From a virus (taxonomy: Duplodnaviria > Caudoviricetes), in IMG/VR virus record IMGVR_UViG_3300028797_000128, positions 42,088 to 106,087 of that record: a DNA stretch of 64,000 nt; one strand, 5' to 3'. Position 1 is the first letter of the stretch. Each line of letters begins with the position of its first letter. The notes beneath the pieces are model-generated. The model was given only the letters and a program-made list of their open reading frames with translations, was not told where the DNA came from and ran no database searches. Positions 29,581-40,950 of the stretch are shown here, in pieces. The position numbers and the translations under genes were made by a program.

Positions 29581-29607
29581 CAATAATATAGGTTTCCCTA
29601 TGATTGT

Positions 29608-29636
29608 ATTATATCACAATGAAACGAATTTGTCAA
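29608..29636 (-). promoter_or_regulatory. Consensus sigmaA promoter driving cptIN
   Basis: TTGACA-17 nt-TATAAT with extended -10 TG. Confidence 0.9.
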
Positions 29637-29663
29637 GTATTTTTTTGAAAGGTGGTGGAGAGT

Positions 29664-30182
29664 ATGGCAGATAGCATAAAAACGCAGTTGGCACGTATAA
29701 TGGCTGGTAAGACAAAAATGGGTAACGGATTAACCATAAGACAAAATCTTGAAAAAGCAGTAGATTATCTCTATGACTGTGTGGACAACTTTATACAGGA
29801 ATATTATCTGTCATATACTCCTAAAATATATCAACGCACAAATGATTTTCAAGATTCTCTTTATGCAGAGGATTTTATTCATGCAAGAGTAAACGGAAAC
29901 AGGATTGAACTTAGTGTATCATTTAGACCGTCAATGGCGTATCATAAGAATTTGTTTGGTGACCATATGTCCTACGTTCCACTTCTTATTAATAACGGAT
30001 GGCATAGTAAAAAACTGGAAGATAGAATTGGAGAAGTGCCACGTTTTACCAGATATGAGGGCTATCATTTTTTAGAAAAAGCGGTTCAGATGTTCAACCG
30101 TACAAATCCTTATGGTGTCTACATTTCTCCTAACGACATAGAAGCTCAATGGGAAGGTCGAGACATTGAATTTAGTTGGTAA
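29664..30182 (+). CDS. Hypothetical tail-module protein
   Basis: YTPKIYQRT motif; directly precedes the tape measure gene. Confidence 0.55.
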   Translation: MADSIKTQLARIMAGKTKMGNGLTIRQNLEKAVDYLYDCVDNFIQEYYLSYTPKIYQRTNDFQDSLYAEDFIHARVNGNRIELSVSFRPSMAYHKNLFGDHMSYVPLLINNGWHSKKLEDRIGEVPRFTRYEGYHFLEKAVQMFNRTNPYGVYISPNDIEAQWEGRDIEFSW

Positions 30183-30197
30183 AAAGAAAGGAGTGAT

Positions 30198-33100
30198 ATG
30201 ATGGCAAATGATAGTAAGATAGTAATAACTGCGGGATTGCAAATACCTGAAACAGTCAGCACCGTTGAAAAAGAATTAAAAGTTGTCGGGGAAAAGGTAT
30301 CAGCAGATCGTGCATTAAAGATAGTAGCGAATGTGGATTTGAGCAAGACTACTCAGCGTATTCAGTCACAGTTAACTACTCTTAGTAAAAATCTTAAGCT
30401 TGATATTAATACTGTAAATGTTAATGCTCATGGAATCAATGGTGTTCAACAGAACATACAGCAAACATCCGCATCAATTGATGATGCTAACAAAAGAGTT
30501 CAGCAATTGAATAATAGCCTTGCTGATTTAAAAGACTCATATTCACAACCAATCAAAGCAGTTTTAGATAAGCAAGGTTTTGTAAAAGCATCTGAAACGA
30601 TGCAGGAACTCAAAAAGCAACTTGCCGATCTTGGTACGGTTTCGGTTCAAGGCGTTTATGGAGACACTAACGGAACAAACAAACTTGAAAAAATGATTGC
30701 CACTGTTAAATCGGCTTATGGAGAATTAAGAACTCTAACCTTTGAGCTTGGAGATAACGATTTCTTTAGATTTGTTAGTGGTAAGTTTGATAATGATGGT
30801 ATTCGTAAGCAAACTGAAGAAATAACCAAGTTTGTAGACCAGTACACATCAAAACTCAATTCTTTAAAGGCAAAAGTCGGAGAGAACTTTGCCCCTAATA
30901 TATCTGCAACCATTGGCGAAGATATTGACAAGACAATTGTCACATTTGACAGTTTTGAAAAGAAGTTAGCAGAATTGAAAAGTGGCAAAGGGAGCATTGA
31001 GGAGCTTCGTGCTGAGTTTGTTGCTCTCGATGGAACTGTATCAAATTTAGGTTCTCTGTTGCGTGGCGGTGATTCGTCACTCAATCAGTTTACTAATGCT
31101 ACTATTAAAGCAAGAAACTTTGCTAATGACTTAAAGGCTTTAGAGGTTGAATTTGAGAATCTTAGTGCAGTTACTCAAAACGACAAACTGTTTAGTTCTC
31201 TTGCAGAGGCAGAACAAAAACTTGTGGCTTTGCAGAATGTTCAGAAGAATGAGGGCTACACCGAAAATTGGATAAAACAATACCAAGAATTAAGTGTTGC
31301 CATCAAACAGGCTACGGAAGATGTCAAGTTAGCAAAGAAACTTGAACAGCAAGATGCATCGTCTGCTACCAAAAAGCAAGCCGACGCATTAAGAGAGGTT
31401 GCTTCTGCATACAAAGAGATTAATCAGTATACAAAAACTCTTTACTCTACTTCTGCAACCGATGTTGAAAAGGGACTTGTGGGTGCTCATCGTGGAGATC
31501 AATACGCTCTTATTGAGCAGATCAAACAACGCCTTGAATCAGAAGGACTTCTTGACGATGTATTAAAACAGGAAATCCAGAATTATGAGGCTATAGCCAA
31601 AGAAATTGAATTAATTGCCAAGTCAAGGAGAGATGCGACACAAGCTCACAGAGAAGAAGTTGAAGCAGAAAAGGCAGAAAAACAAAATCTGCAAGATGTC
31701 AACAGACTAATTAACGACAACATTAAATCTCTTGAAAAGTTCAACAATAGCACTGTCGCAAAGAATAACGCAAGTAACTCAGCAGTTGCAAGTCAAACTG
31801 GATTAAATGCGGATTTGATTAATCAATTGCGTGGCTTACAGGAGTCTTTGGCAAATGACAAATCTCCTGAGAATATCGCAAGAATTACTGCACGTTTGAA
31901 TGAACTTGGCGGTTCTTTGAAAGACGCAACTGCTCGGAGCGCAGAGTTAAATCAGAGTTTAAAAGACAATGATGCGTCTGCCAAATTCAGTGCAAAACTC
32001 AATCAGCTCAAAAATCAGGTTGATGTATTTGCCAACACAAACCGCAGAGCGACAGAATCTTTGCGTTTAATGCGTGATGGTCAGACAACATTTGCACAGG
32101 GTTTTCAGAATATCAGAGATGCTTTAAGTAGAGGAAATCTTGATGCTGCTGGTTTGCAACGATTAACTGAACAGTTCCGCAACTTCCGTGGCGAGGCAGA
32201 TGCGGCAGGAATGACGGTAAGCCGTTTCTTCCAGAGTATGCAGTCTCAGCTTCGCATGGTGCTTCAGCGTTGGATAAGTCTGTATGCTGTAATTGGATAT
32301 ATCCGCAAGATGATAGATAATGTCAAGGAACTTGACAATGCTATGATAAACCTGCGGAGAGTTACTGACGAAACCGATGCTGGTTATCAGAGATTTTTAG
32401 AAGATGCTAATAAGTTGGCACGACAGATGAAAACCACAACGGCAAGTCTTGTGGAAATGAGCTACCAGTGGAGTAAGCTCGGCTTTGAAATGAACGAGGC
32501 GTTAGAGTTGTCGAAAGCGTCTACTATCTTTATGCGAGTTGCTGACGTTGGACAGGATCAGGCTTTGAGCAACCTTGTTACATCTTTAAAGGCATTTAGA
32601 CTTGAAGCAAGTCAAACTATGGATGTAGTTGACAAACTTGATAAACTGAATAACGAGTATGCTGTAAGCGCATCTGGTTTGGGTCAGGGTCTTGAGCGTT
32701 CTGCTTCGGCTATGGCAATGACAGGAAACAGTCTTGAAGAAACTCTTGCAATGTTGACTGGCGCTGGCGAAATAACTCAGAATCTTGAAAATACGGGAAA
32801 TGCCCTTCGTGTAATTTCGCTCAGACTTCAAAATATGAAAGGTAAATTAGAGGAGTTAGGTGAGCCAGTAGACGACCTTATGGAAGTCAGCAAGGTTCAA
32901 ACTCAAATTCTCAATCTCACTCATAATCAAGTTGACATTATAGACCAAAGTACGGGGGAATTTAGAAGTACATATCAGATACTACAAGATATCGCAAAGG
33001 TGTGGGATTCTCTAAACTCGCAAAGCCGTAGTTCATTGTTGGAAATTATAGCTGGTAAGAACAGAGCCAATATCGGTTCTGCGCTCATACAGGCATTTCA

Positions 33101-36100
33101 GTCTGGACAAATTCAATCTGCCTTTGATGCTGCTAAAAATGCCGCAGGAACGGCAACTGAAGAATATGGCAAAATGATGCAGGGTATTCAAGCTCAGTTC
33201 GATGCGTTTAAAGGTGCGTTCCAAGAGTTCTCAAATGCATTCGTCAATTCGGATTTGCTTAAAGGATTAGTAAAATTCGGAACTCAGTTCATTAAGTTCC
33301 TTACTGCCGTCACTGATAAGGTTGGTGGGCTGATTGTTGTGCTTACACCAATTTTGATGTATTTTGGAGGTAAAACTGGCACTAATATTTTTTCAGTTAT
33401 CATTAATGGACTTAAAGGATTGGTTGCAGCGGAGACAGGTGCTATAACTGCAACTGGTGCATTAACAACCGCTTTAAAGACTATGGGAGGCGCACTTTCA
33501 GGTCTTGCGATAGGACTTGCAATCGGTGCTATCTCAGCCATTGTAGATAAACTTGTTGTTACATCGGCTGAAACAGAGGCATCTATCAAAGATATTACAA
33601 GTGCAGTTGGCGATTTAGCCAATGCGACAGAAGAACTCGAAAAATCTCAAACAGATATAGAGAACATTGCACAGAGCTATTCTAAAATTGCGACTACAGT
33701 CGGTGATGTAAATGAGCGTAAAACTCAATTGCTCGAATTACAGAATCAGTTGTCAGATAAATTTAAAGATGAGGCGGATGGAATTGACCTTGTAAACGGC
33801 AAGTATTCTGACCAAATTAAGAAAATAAAAGAACTTGCTGAAGAACAGCGTAGACAGTATGAAATTGAAAATGCTGATAAAATTGCAAAAGCAAGAAGGT
33901 TAGCTAATTTAAGAGTTGAAGAACCAAGTTATGTGTCTGCTGGGGATAACTTAACATCTCCTAATGGCTATTACGACCGAATTGATGATAAAAAAGGAGA
34001 TAGGGCGTTATTCACATTAAAAGGGTTGAATAAAGAAGCTATGATTGCCGCCACTAATATAGAGGGGGTTTATAGAGCAAGTGATTTTGCAGGAGTTTAT
34101 CTCAGCGGAACTCTTGAAGATGCACGAAATCAACTCAAACAAATTATTGACAATTATAGCAAACTTAGAGATGTCGATTCTGAAACACTCGAAAAACTCA
34201 CGGCTCGTTATAAAGAACTTAATGATGCGTTGAATGATATAAAAGAAGTAACGCCTTATATTGAAGATATTGAGTTTAAACCTGTTTTTACTGGCATATT
34301 TGATGGATTTTCTGATGCTGTTAATCAAGCGGTTTCAGATGTAACAATGCAACCATTTTATGACAAACTTGATGAAGCGCAAGACAAGTTAAGGCAACTT
34401 GCAAACCCAAGCGATCTCACCATTGCCGAATATGACACTCTTTATAAAGATGTGCAGAAACTCGAAGGCGAGTTATATAAAATAGCTGGTGATAGTGAGG
34501 ATTCAAAGAGAGCCGTAGCCGATTTGTTTAATGGCTTTAAACAAGGCACATCAGAAAACGGCGACCACTTAGAGCAGTTCGTGGAACAGTTTAATACTAC
34601 TCTTGAAGATTCGTTCAAGAAGGTTGCTGAGACTGTAACTGGTGTGCAGGACGCTATAAACAAATTAGCAGAAGGTAAAGGTCTTAGCCATTCCGAAGCA
34701 TGGAAATTGCTCAAAGAAGATACAGATGGTTATTTGCAGTCTATTAAACTTGTTAATGGTGAATACTACTTATCACAAGAAGAATTAATTAAGTTTAAGG
34801 ACGCTAAGATAAAAGCGTCAATAGATGAATTAAAGGCTTCTAACGAGCAGTATGTACAAGAAAGAGAAAATTTAATAAAGCAGTTGGGTTTATTAAAGGA
34901 AGATCTCAAGGTACAGTTGAAAATATATAATCTTAAAGTGAAGCAAAGATCGGCAACGCAAACTGATCTTAGAGAAATCGAGAAAATTAAAATTGATATT
35001 TCTGAGACTGAGGGTTCAATCAAGAGATGTAACGATTTGTGGACACGCAACAATTATCTCATTGAAGAACTCAATCAAAATCTTGGCGATACTCGTATAC
35101 TTTCGCTTGCAACAGAAACGGAATTAAATAATGCTATCAAATCGTTTGAGAATGAAATCAAATCAATAGAGGATTCAGTTGATGTTCTCAATGACCGCAA
35201 AGACGCTCTTGAATCTGAGAAAGACCTTTTGCAAGATCAGCTTGATATCCTCAATGAGCAGAAAGAAACTATTGAGGACACAATCAAAAAATATGATGCT
35301 GTTGCTGATGCTGTAAGTGGTTATGCAAAGGCTCAGACTGATGCTATTCAAGAACAGATTGATGCAATGGAAGAAGCTGCTGAGTCTATCAAAAAGGATT
35401 ATGATGACCAGATTAGTGAGCTTGAAGAACAAAACGAAGAACGTGACGATGCCATTAAAAAGGAAAAAGCACTTGCCGACCTTCAAAATGCGCAGAATCA
35501 GAAAAAGCGTGTGTTCTCTGCTGAACGTGGCTGGGAATATCAATCCTCAAAGGAAGATATACTTACGGCTCAAAAAGAACTTGCTGACATTGAAACCGAG
35601 CAAAGGATTAAGTCTCTTGAAAAAGAACGTGATACTAAACTTGCCGAGATTGATAACCATAAAGAAGTTTATGAGTTGCAAATTAAGGCTTATGAGGACT
35701 ACGCTAAGAAATATTCAGACATCTCATCTAACATCAAACAAACAGAAAACGAATTATTAGCAGATCAAATACTTGGTGCTGATTGGCGTGAGAAGATAAC
35801 AGAAGAAGCACAAAGTAGTATCGAAACTCTGTTTGGCAATTGGGGTACATTTGGTGGCTTAGACATTGCTTTTACGCCTGTGCTAAAGACATCTAATAAC
35901 TCAACAGAAGTTCTTGATTCTCAAACCATATCCGATTATATCAATGCCATAGTTCAAAAAGCAGGTGGCGATTTAAGTGCAGCCAATATTCTCAAGCTTG
36001 ATTCTACGGGTCTTGATATTGGTGGTAAAACGATTAAAAATATCATAGCTGATGTAGGTACTACGGCAGAACAGACAAGCAAGATTATTCGTTATATTGG

Positions 36101-37001
36101 CAAAAACGGAGTTTACAATCTCGTATCAGAACAGATTGGTAATGTTACGTCTACTCTTGATATAGGCATTGACAAAGTTCACGAAACTAATGAAGCACTT
36201 CTTGGTAATACAGAAATGCTTAATAGGTTTGAGAGCGAATATAAAGAATATAATAATCAACTCAATAATCTTATTAACAACGAAATTAAGAACTTGCAAG
36301 ACAGTATTGATATGAAACAGTCCGAGATAGATAAGATTGATGACGAAATCAAGGCTTACAACAAATATAAATCTGCTGTCCAAAGCAATTTGAACGATGC
36401 AAAAGATGCACTTGAAAGCTACAAGAACACCGTAAATACGGTCAAGACAGATACAATTAATTATATGAATGAAATGTCTGGCACTGTTGGCGGTGCTTGT
36501 GGAGCGATCGGCGCTGCTATTGCAGGAATGGAAAATTCTATCTGGAACAATCATAATAAGATATTAGATTGGTTTAGGGACATAGGCAACGCCGCAAGAG
36601 AGATGTATGATGAAGTTGGACAAGGCGCAACAGGTGCAGGATTTTTAGGCTTAAAACTTGCAGGATTTTCAAAGGGCGGTGTCAATGACTACACTGGACT
36701 TGCTATGCTTCACGGTACAAAACAGAATCCAGAGACAATCTTCAATGCTAATGATTCTAAGAAACTGTACGATCTTGTGCATAATACTCCAAACTTGATA
36801 GATAGCATTGTAAAACGGGCTGGACAAATCAGTAGTTTTACTCCAACAACTATCAACAACAGAAACGATACAAATTCAAGCAATATAAGTGTAAATATCG
36901 GTCAAGTTGTGGCTAATAACCCGCAAGAATTGACACGTAATCTCGACACGCATCTTGACAGCTATTTTAGACGTAAGCTGACAATGGGATATGTACAATA
37001 A
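30198..37001 (+). CDS. Tail tape measure protein (2267 aa)
   Basis: Length, coiled coils, TMP core (ELDNAMINLRRV...GNALRVISLRL...IAGKNRAN), hydrophobic segments, C-terminal GG..YTGLAMLHGT. Confidence 0.93.
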   Translation: MMANDSKIVITAGLQIPETVSTVEKELKVVGEKVSADRALKIVANVDLSKTTQRIQSQLTTLSKNLKLDINTVNVNAHGINGVQQNIQQTSASIDDANKRVQQLNNSLADLKDSYSQPIKAVLDKQGFVKASETMQELKKQLADLGTVSVQGVYGDTNGTNKLEKMIATVKSAYGELRTLTFELGDNDFFRFVSGKFDNDGIRKQTEEITKFVDQYTSKLNSLKAKVGENFAPNISATIGEDIDKTIVTFDSFEKKLAELKSGKGSIEELRAEFVALDGTVSNLGSLLRGGDSSLNQFTNATIKARNFANDLKALEVEFENLSAVTQNDKLFSSLAEAEQKLVALQNVQKNEGYTENWIKQYQELSVAIKQATEDVKLAKKLEQQDASSATKKQADALREVASAYKEINQYTKTLYSTSATDVEKGLVGAHRGDQYALIEQIKQRLESEGLLDDVLKQEIQNYEAIAKEIELIAKSRRDATQAHREEVEAEKAEKQNLQDVNRLINDNIKSLEKFNNSTVAKNNASNSAVASQTGLNADLINQLRGLQESLANDKSPENIARITARLNELGGSLKDATARSAELNQSLKDNDASAKFSAKLNQLKNQVDVFANTNRRATESLRLMRDGQTTFAQGFQNIRDALSRGNLDAAGLQRLTEQFRNFRGEADAAGMTVSRFFQSMQSQLRMVLQRWISLYAVIGYIRKMIDNVKELDNAMINLRRVTDETDAGYQRFLEDANKLARQMKTTTASLVEMSYQWSKLGFEMNEALELSKASTIFMRVADVGQDQALSNLVTSLKAFRLEASQTMDVVDKLDKLNNEYAVSASGLGQGLERSASAMAMTGNSLEETLAMLTGAGEITQNLENTGNALRVISLRLQNMKGKLEELGEPVDDLMEVSKVQTQILNLTHNQVDIIDQSTGEFRSTYQILQDIAKVWDSLNSQSRSSLLEIIAGKNRANIGSALIQAFQSGQIQSAFDAAKNAAGTATEEYGKMMQGIQAQFDAFKGAFQEFSNAFVNSDLLKGLVKFGTQFIKFLTAVTDKVGGLIVVLTPILMYFGGKTGTNIFSVIINGLKGLVAAETGAITATGALTTALKTMGGALSGLAIGLAIGAISAIVDKLVVTSAETEASIKDITSAVGDLANATEELEKSQTDIENIAQSYSKIATTVGDVNERKTQLLELQNQLSDKFKDEADGIDLVNGKYSDQIKKIKELAEEQRRQYEIENADKIAKARRLANLRVEEPSYVSAGDNLTSPNGYYDRIDDKKGDRALFTLKGLNKEAMIAATNIEGVYRASDFAGVYLSGTLEDARNQLKQIIDNYSKLRDVDSETLEKLTARYKELNDALNDIKEVTPYIEDIEFKPVFTGIFDGFSDAVNQAVSDVTMQPFYDKLDEAQDKLRQLANPSDLTIAEYDTLYKDVQKLEGELYKIAGDSEDSKRAVADLFNGFKQGTSENGDHLEQFVEQFNTTLEDSFKKVAETVTGVQDAINKLAEGKGLSHSEAWKLLKEDTDGYLQSIKLVNGEYYLSQEELIKFKDAKIKASIDELKASNEQYVQERENLIKQLGLLKEDLKVQLKIYNLKVKQRSATQTDLREIEKIKIDISETEGSIKRCNDLWTRNNYLIEELNQNLGDTRILSLATETELNNAIKSFENEIKSIEDSVDVLNDRKDALESEKDLLQDQLDILNEQKETIEDTIKKYDAVADAVSGYAKAQTDAIQEQIDAMEEAAESIKKDYDDQISELEEQNEERDDAIKKEKALADLQNAQNQKKRVFSAERGWEYQSSKEDILTAQKELADIETEQRIKSLEKERDTKLAEIDNHKEVYELQIKAYEDYAKKYSDISSNIKQTENELLADQILGADWREKITEEAQSSIETLFGNWGTFGGLDIAFTPVLKTSNNSTEVLDSQTISDYINAIVQKAGGDLSAANILKLDSTGLDIGGKTIKNIIADVGTTAEQTSKIIRYIGKNGVYNLVSEQIGNVTSTLDIGIDKVHETNEALLGNTEMLNRFESEYKEYNNQLNNLINNEIKNLQDSIDMKQSEIDKIDDEIKAYNKYKSAVQSNLNDAKDALESYKNTVNTVKTDTINYMNEMSGTVGGACGAIGAAIAGMENSIWNNHNKILDWFRDIGNAAREMYDEVGQGATGAGFLGLKLAGFSKGGVNDYTGLAMLHGTKQNPETIFNANDSKKLYDLVHNTPNLIDSIVKRAGQISSFTPTTINNRNDTNSSNISVNIGQVVANNPQELTRNLDTHLDSYFRRKLTMGYVQ

Positions 37002-37055
37002 TAAACTATCTCCCCTATTAATTTAGGGGAGAATTATTTTTAAGGAGGTGAGTCA

Positions 37056-38960
37056 ATGTTACAGTACCCGACAAACCTATATCCAGACGGTGCAACATTT
37101 GACCCGTCTGTGCTTGATGAAAAAAATAAGATATCTTTCACCTTTAATGGCGATTTGCTCACAGGCGTTGCTTTTAAAGTTTATGACTATGATACAGGTG
37201 AAATTATATACATAAATGACAAACCATATCCTCAACCCGACATATATCAAGATTATCATCCTATAAAATATAATGAGGAAGAATACCAAACACCAACTGG
37301 CTATCTTAGCAGATTACAGGCTGGAAAAGATTACGGCTTACAATTAGAACTCGTACAATATACGGCAGATGGTACGAGTCCTTTATGTGATATGTTTGTT
37401 TTAAGAGGACTTACACAAGAGGATTATACTCCACAAGCTCAGAATGACTATATTGTCATAAAAAGTAATATTGATAATATCTACGAGTGGGACACAAATC
37501 CAGAAAACGAGGGTGTGCGCACAAGAAAAACGACTGAATACGGCGCAATATTAGACCAGATGGAGATTGTCATTAATGGTGAAAGAAAAGCGTTTTGGGG
37601 ATATAACACTATTGCTGGTTATATACTTCTTTTGGACTCATTTTCTGAGCCAATACCAGCAGGAACGCCATTTCAGATATATTGCAACTATAAAGTATCA
37701 CCATTATATTTCTTTAAGTGCAGAAGCAACCCAACAGCGACAGCAACGCTCACAGTTATTAATAATGGTGGAAGAAACGATGCTTCTCTTGGCTTTCATG
37801 TGGATGGGACATATCTTCAAGACGAAGGTAGTTTTATAAATTATTATACTATTAGTCTATATTGGTGTTGGAAAGATGATGGCACTGTCCCGTGGAGATT
37901 TCTTGACAAAACAGATAAAATATATTCTCAGAATATAGAATATACATTTTATGACGATTTTGTTCTTAGATATAAAAAACGTGTTCATGGCGTTGTTGTT
38001 GATGTTTCTGCTGATGAAGCAACGGATATGTACTATAAGGCTGTTGTTGATATAGTAACTGCGGATGGAGCAACCATCTCTGTTTCTTCTGACTCAATTA
38101 ACAGAGGCGGGACTAATGCCGACTTCCCTTATGCTGATATACAAAACTTTATCATTCATAATAGTGACATAGCCGATTTATATTATCCAGATAGTATTGA
38201 TGCCCCGATTAATGAATTATCATCAAATTATAAACATTGGATTCATATTGTTGGTGGAGGTATTCATAGGCAAGATTTGCCAGAAGGAACAAAGTTTACT
38301 TACTATCGAGAAAACCTACAAACAGGCGAATTAAAGATGATTGAAACCGCCGATGATATTACTGTGCCAACTAAGGGGAAATTTAGATATTATGAAGTTC
38401 CACGTAATTCTTCGGGACGAGCCTATTTGAAAGGAATAGCATATCGAGATATTGAATTAGGATCTGATAATATGAACGGATATACAATTTCAGAACTCAT
38501 TCCAGAAAACGATGAAGGCACAAGAAAAACATATCGCTTAGGGCAACAGTGGAAATTCGTTGGAGATATTAATGACACAACATATACTCAGAATTTAGAT
38601 AAATATGTTCATGTGGGATATAATTCTTATCCAAGTGTAACTTCAACACAAACAAAATATTTGTCAGGAACATTATCTGCGATGATGGGATATGCAGATT
38701 GTACTACTATTAAATTTATGGATGAGATTGATAAAGTACGTGCGTGGAGAGATTTTATTACAAGGCAATCTATTTATATGCTAAAATCTCAAAAAGGCGA
38801 CGTACTTATTATCGCTATATCAAATAATCCTACTACATCTTATAGTGAAATGTCACAAGAATTACTCACAACATTTTCATTTGATTGGGTTGAAGTATGT
38901 AATGTAAATGATATCAAAGTCTATATAGATATTGGATATGACCCAAATCGTGATTATTAA
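37056..38960 (+). CDS. Tail tip protein (distal-tail-like with accessory domains)
   Basis: Directly after the tape measure gene; C-terminal ...FDWVEV. Confidence 0.55.
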   Translation: MLQYPTNLYPDGATFDPSVLDEKNKISFTFNGDLLTGVAFKVYDYDTGEIIYINDKPYPQPDIYQDYHPIKYNEEEYQTPTGYLSRLQAGKDYGLQLELVQYTADGTSPLCDMFVLRGLTQEDYTPQAQNDYIVIKSNIDNIYEWDTNPENEGVRTRKTTEYGAILDQMEIVINGERKAFWGYNTIAGYILLLDSFSEPIPAGTPFQIYCNYKVSPLYFFKCRSNPTATATLTVINNGGRNDASLGFHVDGTYLQDEGSFINYYTISLYWCWKDDGTVPWRFLDKTDKIYSQNIEYTFYDDFVLRYKKRVHGVVVDVSADEATDMYYKAVVDIVTADGATISVSSDSINRGGTNADFPYADIQNFIIHNSDIADLYYPDSIDAPINELSSNYKHWIHIVGGGIHRQDLPEGTKFTYYRENLQTGELKMIETADDITVPTKGKFRYYEVPRNSSGRAYLKGIAYRDIELGSDNMNGYTISELIPENDEGTRKTYRLGQQWKFVGDINDTTYTQNLDKYVHVGYNSYPSVTSTQTKYLSGTLSAMMGYADCTTIKFMDEIDKVRAWRDFITRQSIYMLKSQKGDVLIIAISNNPTTSYSEMSQELLTTFSFDWVEVCNVNDIKVYIDIGYDPNRDY

Positions 38961-38974
38961 GGGGGCGTATATTA

Positions 38975-40306
38975 ATGGAGTATTTTAATAATTATACCCC
39001 TGAATATGAAAAAGCATTAAAAAACAATTCAGTTATAAGATGCTTACTGAAAATCGAGTTATTATCCTCAAATGAGAGCGTAATTGGCGAAATTACTAAA
39101 GACCTCACTTATGATACACAAGGGCAAATCAATATAAATTACAATCAGTTAGTGCGCAGATCGTGCAGTTTAACGGTTGCAAATGTGGATAACAAGTATA
39201 TCCCCTCCCCTAACAATCCTATTTGGTATAATAGGAAATTCAAGTTATGGGTGGGGGTTCTTGATGATAAAGGCGATGTTTACTGGTGGTCGCAAGGAGT
39301 TTATTATAGTCGTTCTGTAACAGCAAACGCCCATACAATTTCTATTGAAGCCGTTGACAAAGGCGGCGCATTAGATGGTACTCTAAAAACAAATCTTGCC
39401 GATGCGCAATACATTATAGAGGCAGGAACAGCCATTAGTGACGCTGTTAAGGAAACATTGGCTCTTAATATTGGTGCTAATATCAAAATGAATAATTCTG
39501 ATAGTTATGCGGGAATAAGTATGCCAATAGACCCAGTAAAGCCTTTAGTTGATTTAAGTTATAACAATAAGATACTTCAAGCCGATGTGTCGGTTGATAC
39601 TAACGGCTATATAGGCGAATTGCTTACGTCCCTTGCAGATAGTTATGGTGCAGACGTTTATTATGATACGGAGGGACGTTTGCGCTTTACAGGCATAGCA
39701 GATATTTTCTTCATTGATGGCTACCGTTGTATGGCTCATCAATGGGATTTTATCAATTTGTCGGCAGGTTTCGCAAATCCAAATTATGAGTATAGTTTTG
39801 ATGGTATTAATGCTGTTACAGTGTATACAAATCTTAGTTCTGATGCACAAGCTTTGGCAAATGCGCAGACGGAAGCAAAGACTGGCGATGTGCCTCAAGA
39901 CGAATCAGAAAAGGTTCAAAATATATCGTATACAGCCTATAATGTCAATCCTCGATCCCCTTTACGTGTAGGTGCTATTGGTCTTAGACAAATGGCGAGT
40001 CAGGAAATTGAGTACATAGACACAACTCAAAGCGATATGGAAACACGCTGTCAGCAATATGCGGTATCTTTACTCCAAAAGGAAAGTTTGAAAGGAATGA
40101 GTTTGAGTTTTGAATGTCCGCTCATTCCGCATCTTGATGTAAACAAAACAATAGGAATTACCGACGAGTTTCAGAATATCAATGCTGGAACTTTTATTAT
40201 TCAGTCTATAACAATACCGCTTGGTGCAAACTCAATGAAAATTTCGGCAACAAATGTAAACTGGATGCCAGTAGATTCAAATATTGAAGGAATGGGGGCG
40301 AGGTAA
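38975..40306 (+). CDS. Baseplate hub/Tal-like tail protein
   Basis: RRSCSL, YYDTEGRLRF, IPHLDVN, IQSITIPL motifs. Confidence 0.65.
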   Translation: MEYFNNYTPEYEKALKNNSVIRCLLKIELLSSNESVIGEITKDLTYDTQGQININYNQLVRRSCSLTVANVDNKYIPSPNNPIWYNRKFKLWVGVLDDKGDVYWWSQGVYYSRSVTANAHTISIEAVDKGGALDGTLKTNLADAQYIIEAGTAISDAVKETLALNIGANIKMNNSDSYAGISMPIDPVKPLVDLSYNNKILQADVSVDTNGYIGELLTSLADSYGADVYYDTEGRLRFTGIADIFFIDGYRCMAHQWDFINLSAGFANPNYEYSFDGINAVTVYTNLSSDAQALANAQTEAKTGDVPQDESEKVQNISYTAYNVNPRSPLRVGAIGLRQMASQEIEYIDTTQSDMETRCQQYAVSLLQKESLKGMSLSFECPLIPHLDVNKTIGITDEFQNINAGTFIIQSITIPLGANSMKISATNVNWMPVDSNIEGMGAR

Positions 40307-40950
40307 TGGCAGATGTATTAGAAGAATATGTGACACAAGTCATTGATAAAAAAATGCAGAATAGCGATTATCTCATTGCTATTCCTTCAAAAGTTATGCA
40401 AGTTTTATCAAATGGAATGTATGTGGTACAACTTATCTCAAACGGTTCAGAATATTGCGTTCCGAATTGGAGTGGCGCTGACCTTGAAGTCGGAGATAAT
40501 GTTCATCTTTATTATAAAGGCAAAATATTGTCAGATAGAACTGCATACATTGGCGCAGCATTTCATCAAAACAATCATCTTGAATTTATTGTTGGTAATT
40601 CGCAGACAGGCAGAATTGTACCTGATTCTGCTCCTGCGACTTTTGCAACTATTAATTTCACCGCAACAATCAAGACAAATATTTTTGTGTGTTTCAATGC
40701 AAATCTCATAACTAATTCTATGGGTTCAAATACTGTGACGGTTTATTTAGATAATGTTCCGCACACATATCAACATGATCTCAATTTATCAAGAGGTTGG
40801 AAGTATACACAGAACTTCACGCTTCCGTTTGAAGCTGATGCAGGTGAACACACGGTTTTAGTCAAGATAAATGGTAGTGGAGATGTGACTTATGCGGCAG
40901 TTTATGCATATGTTTTCGGTCAAGGAATAAAGGAGGTGGAGAATGGATAA
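40306..40950 (+). CDS. Tail tip protein (OB-fold-like N-terminus)
   Basis: Synteny; LEVGDNV. Confidence 0.5.
   Translation: MADVLEEYVTQVIDKKMQNSDYLIAIPSKVMQVLSNGMYVVQLISNGSEYCVPNWSGADLEVGDNVHLYYKGKILSDRTAYIGAAFHQNNHLEFIVGNSQTGRIVPDSAPATFATINFTATIKTNIFVCFNANLITNSMGSNTVTVYLDNVPHTYQHDLNLSRGWKYTQNFTLPFEADAGEHTVLVKINGSGDVTYAAVYAYVFGQGIKEVENG

Noticed and set aside
28491-30182. Programmed frameshift in the tail chaperone
   Set aside because: No convincing slippery heptamer near the 3' end, and the region is interrupted by cptIN
30716-36554. Many antisense and alternate-frame ORFs inside the tape measure gene and other long genes
   Set aside because: Shadow ORFs without SD or motifs, expected from codon bias
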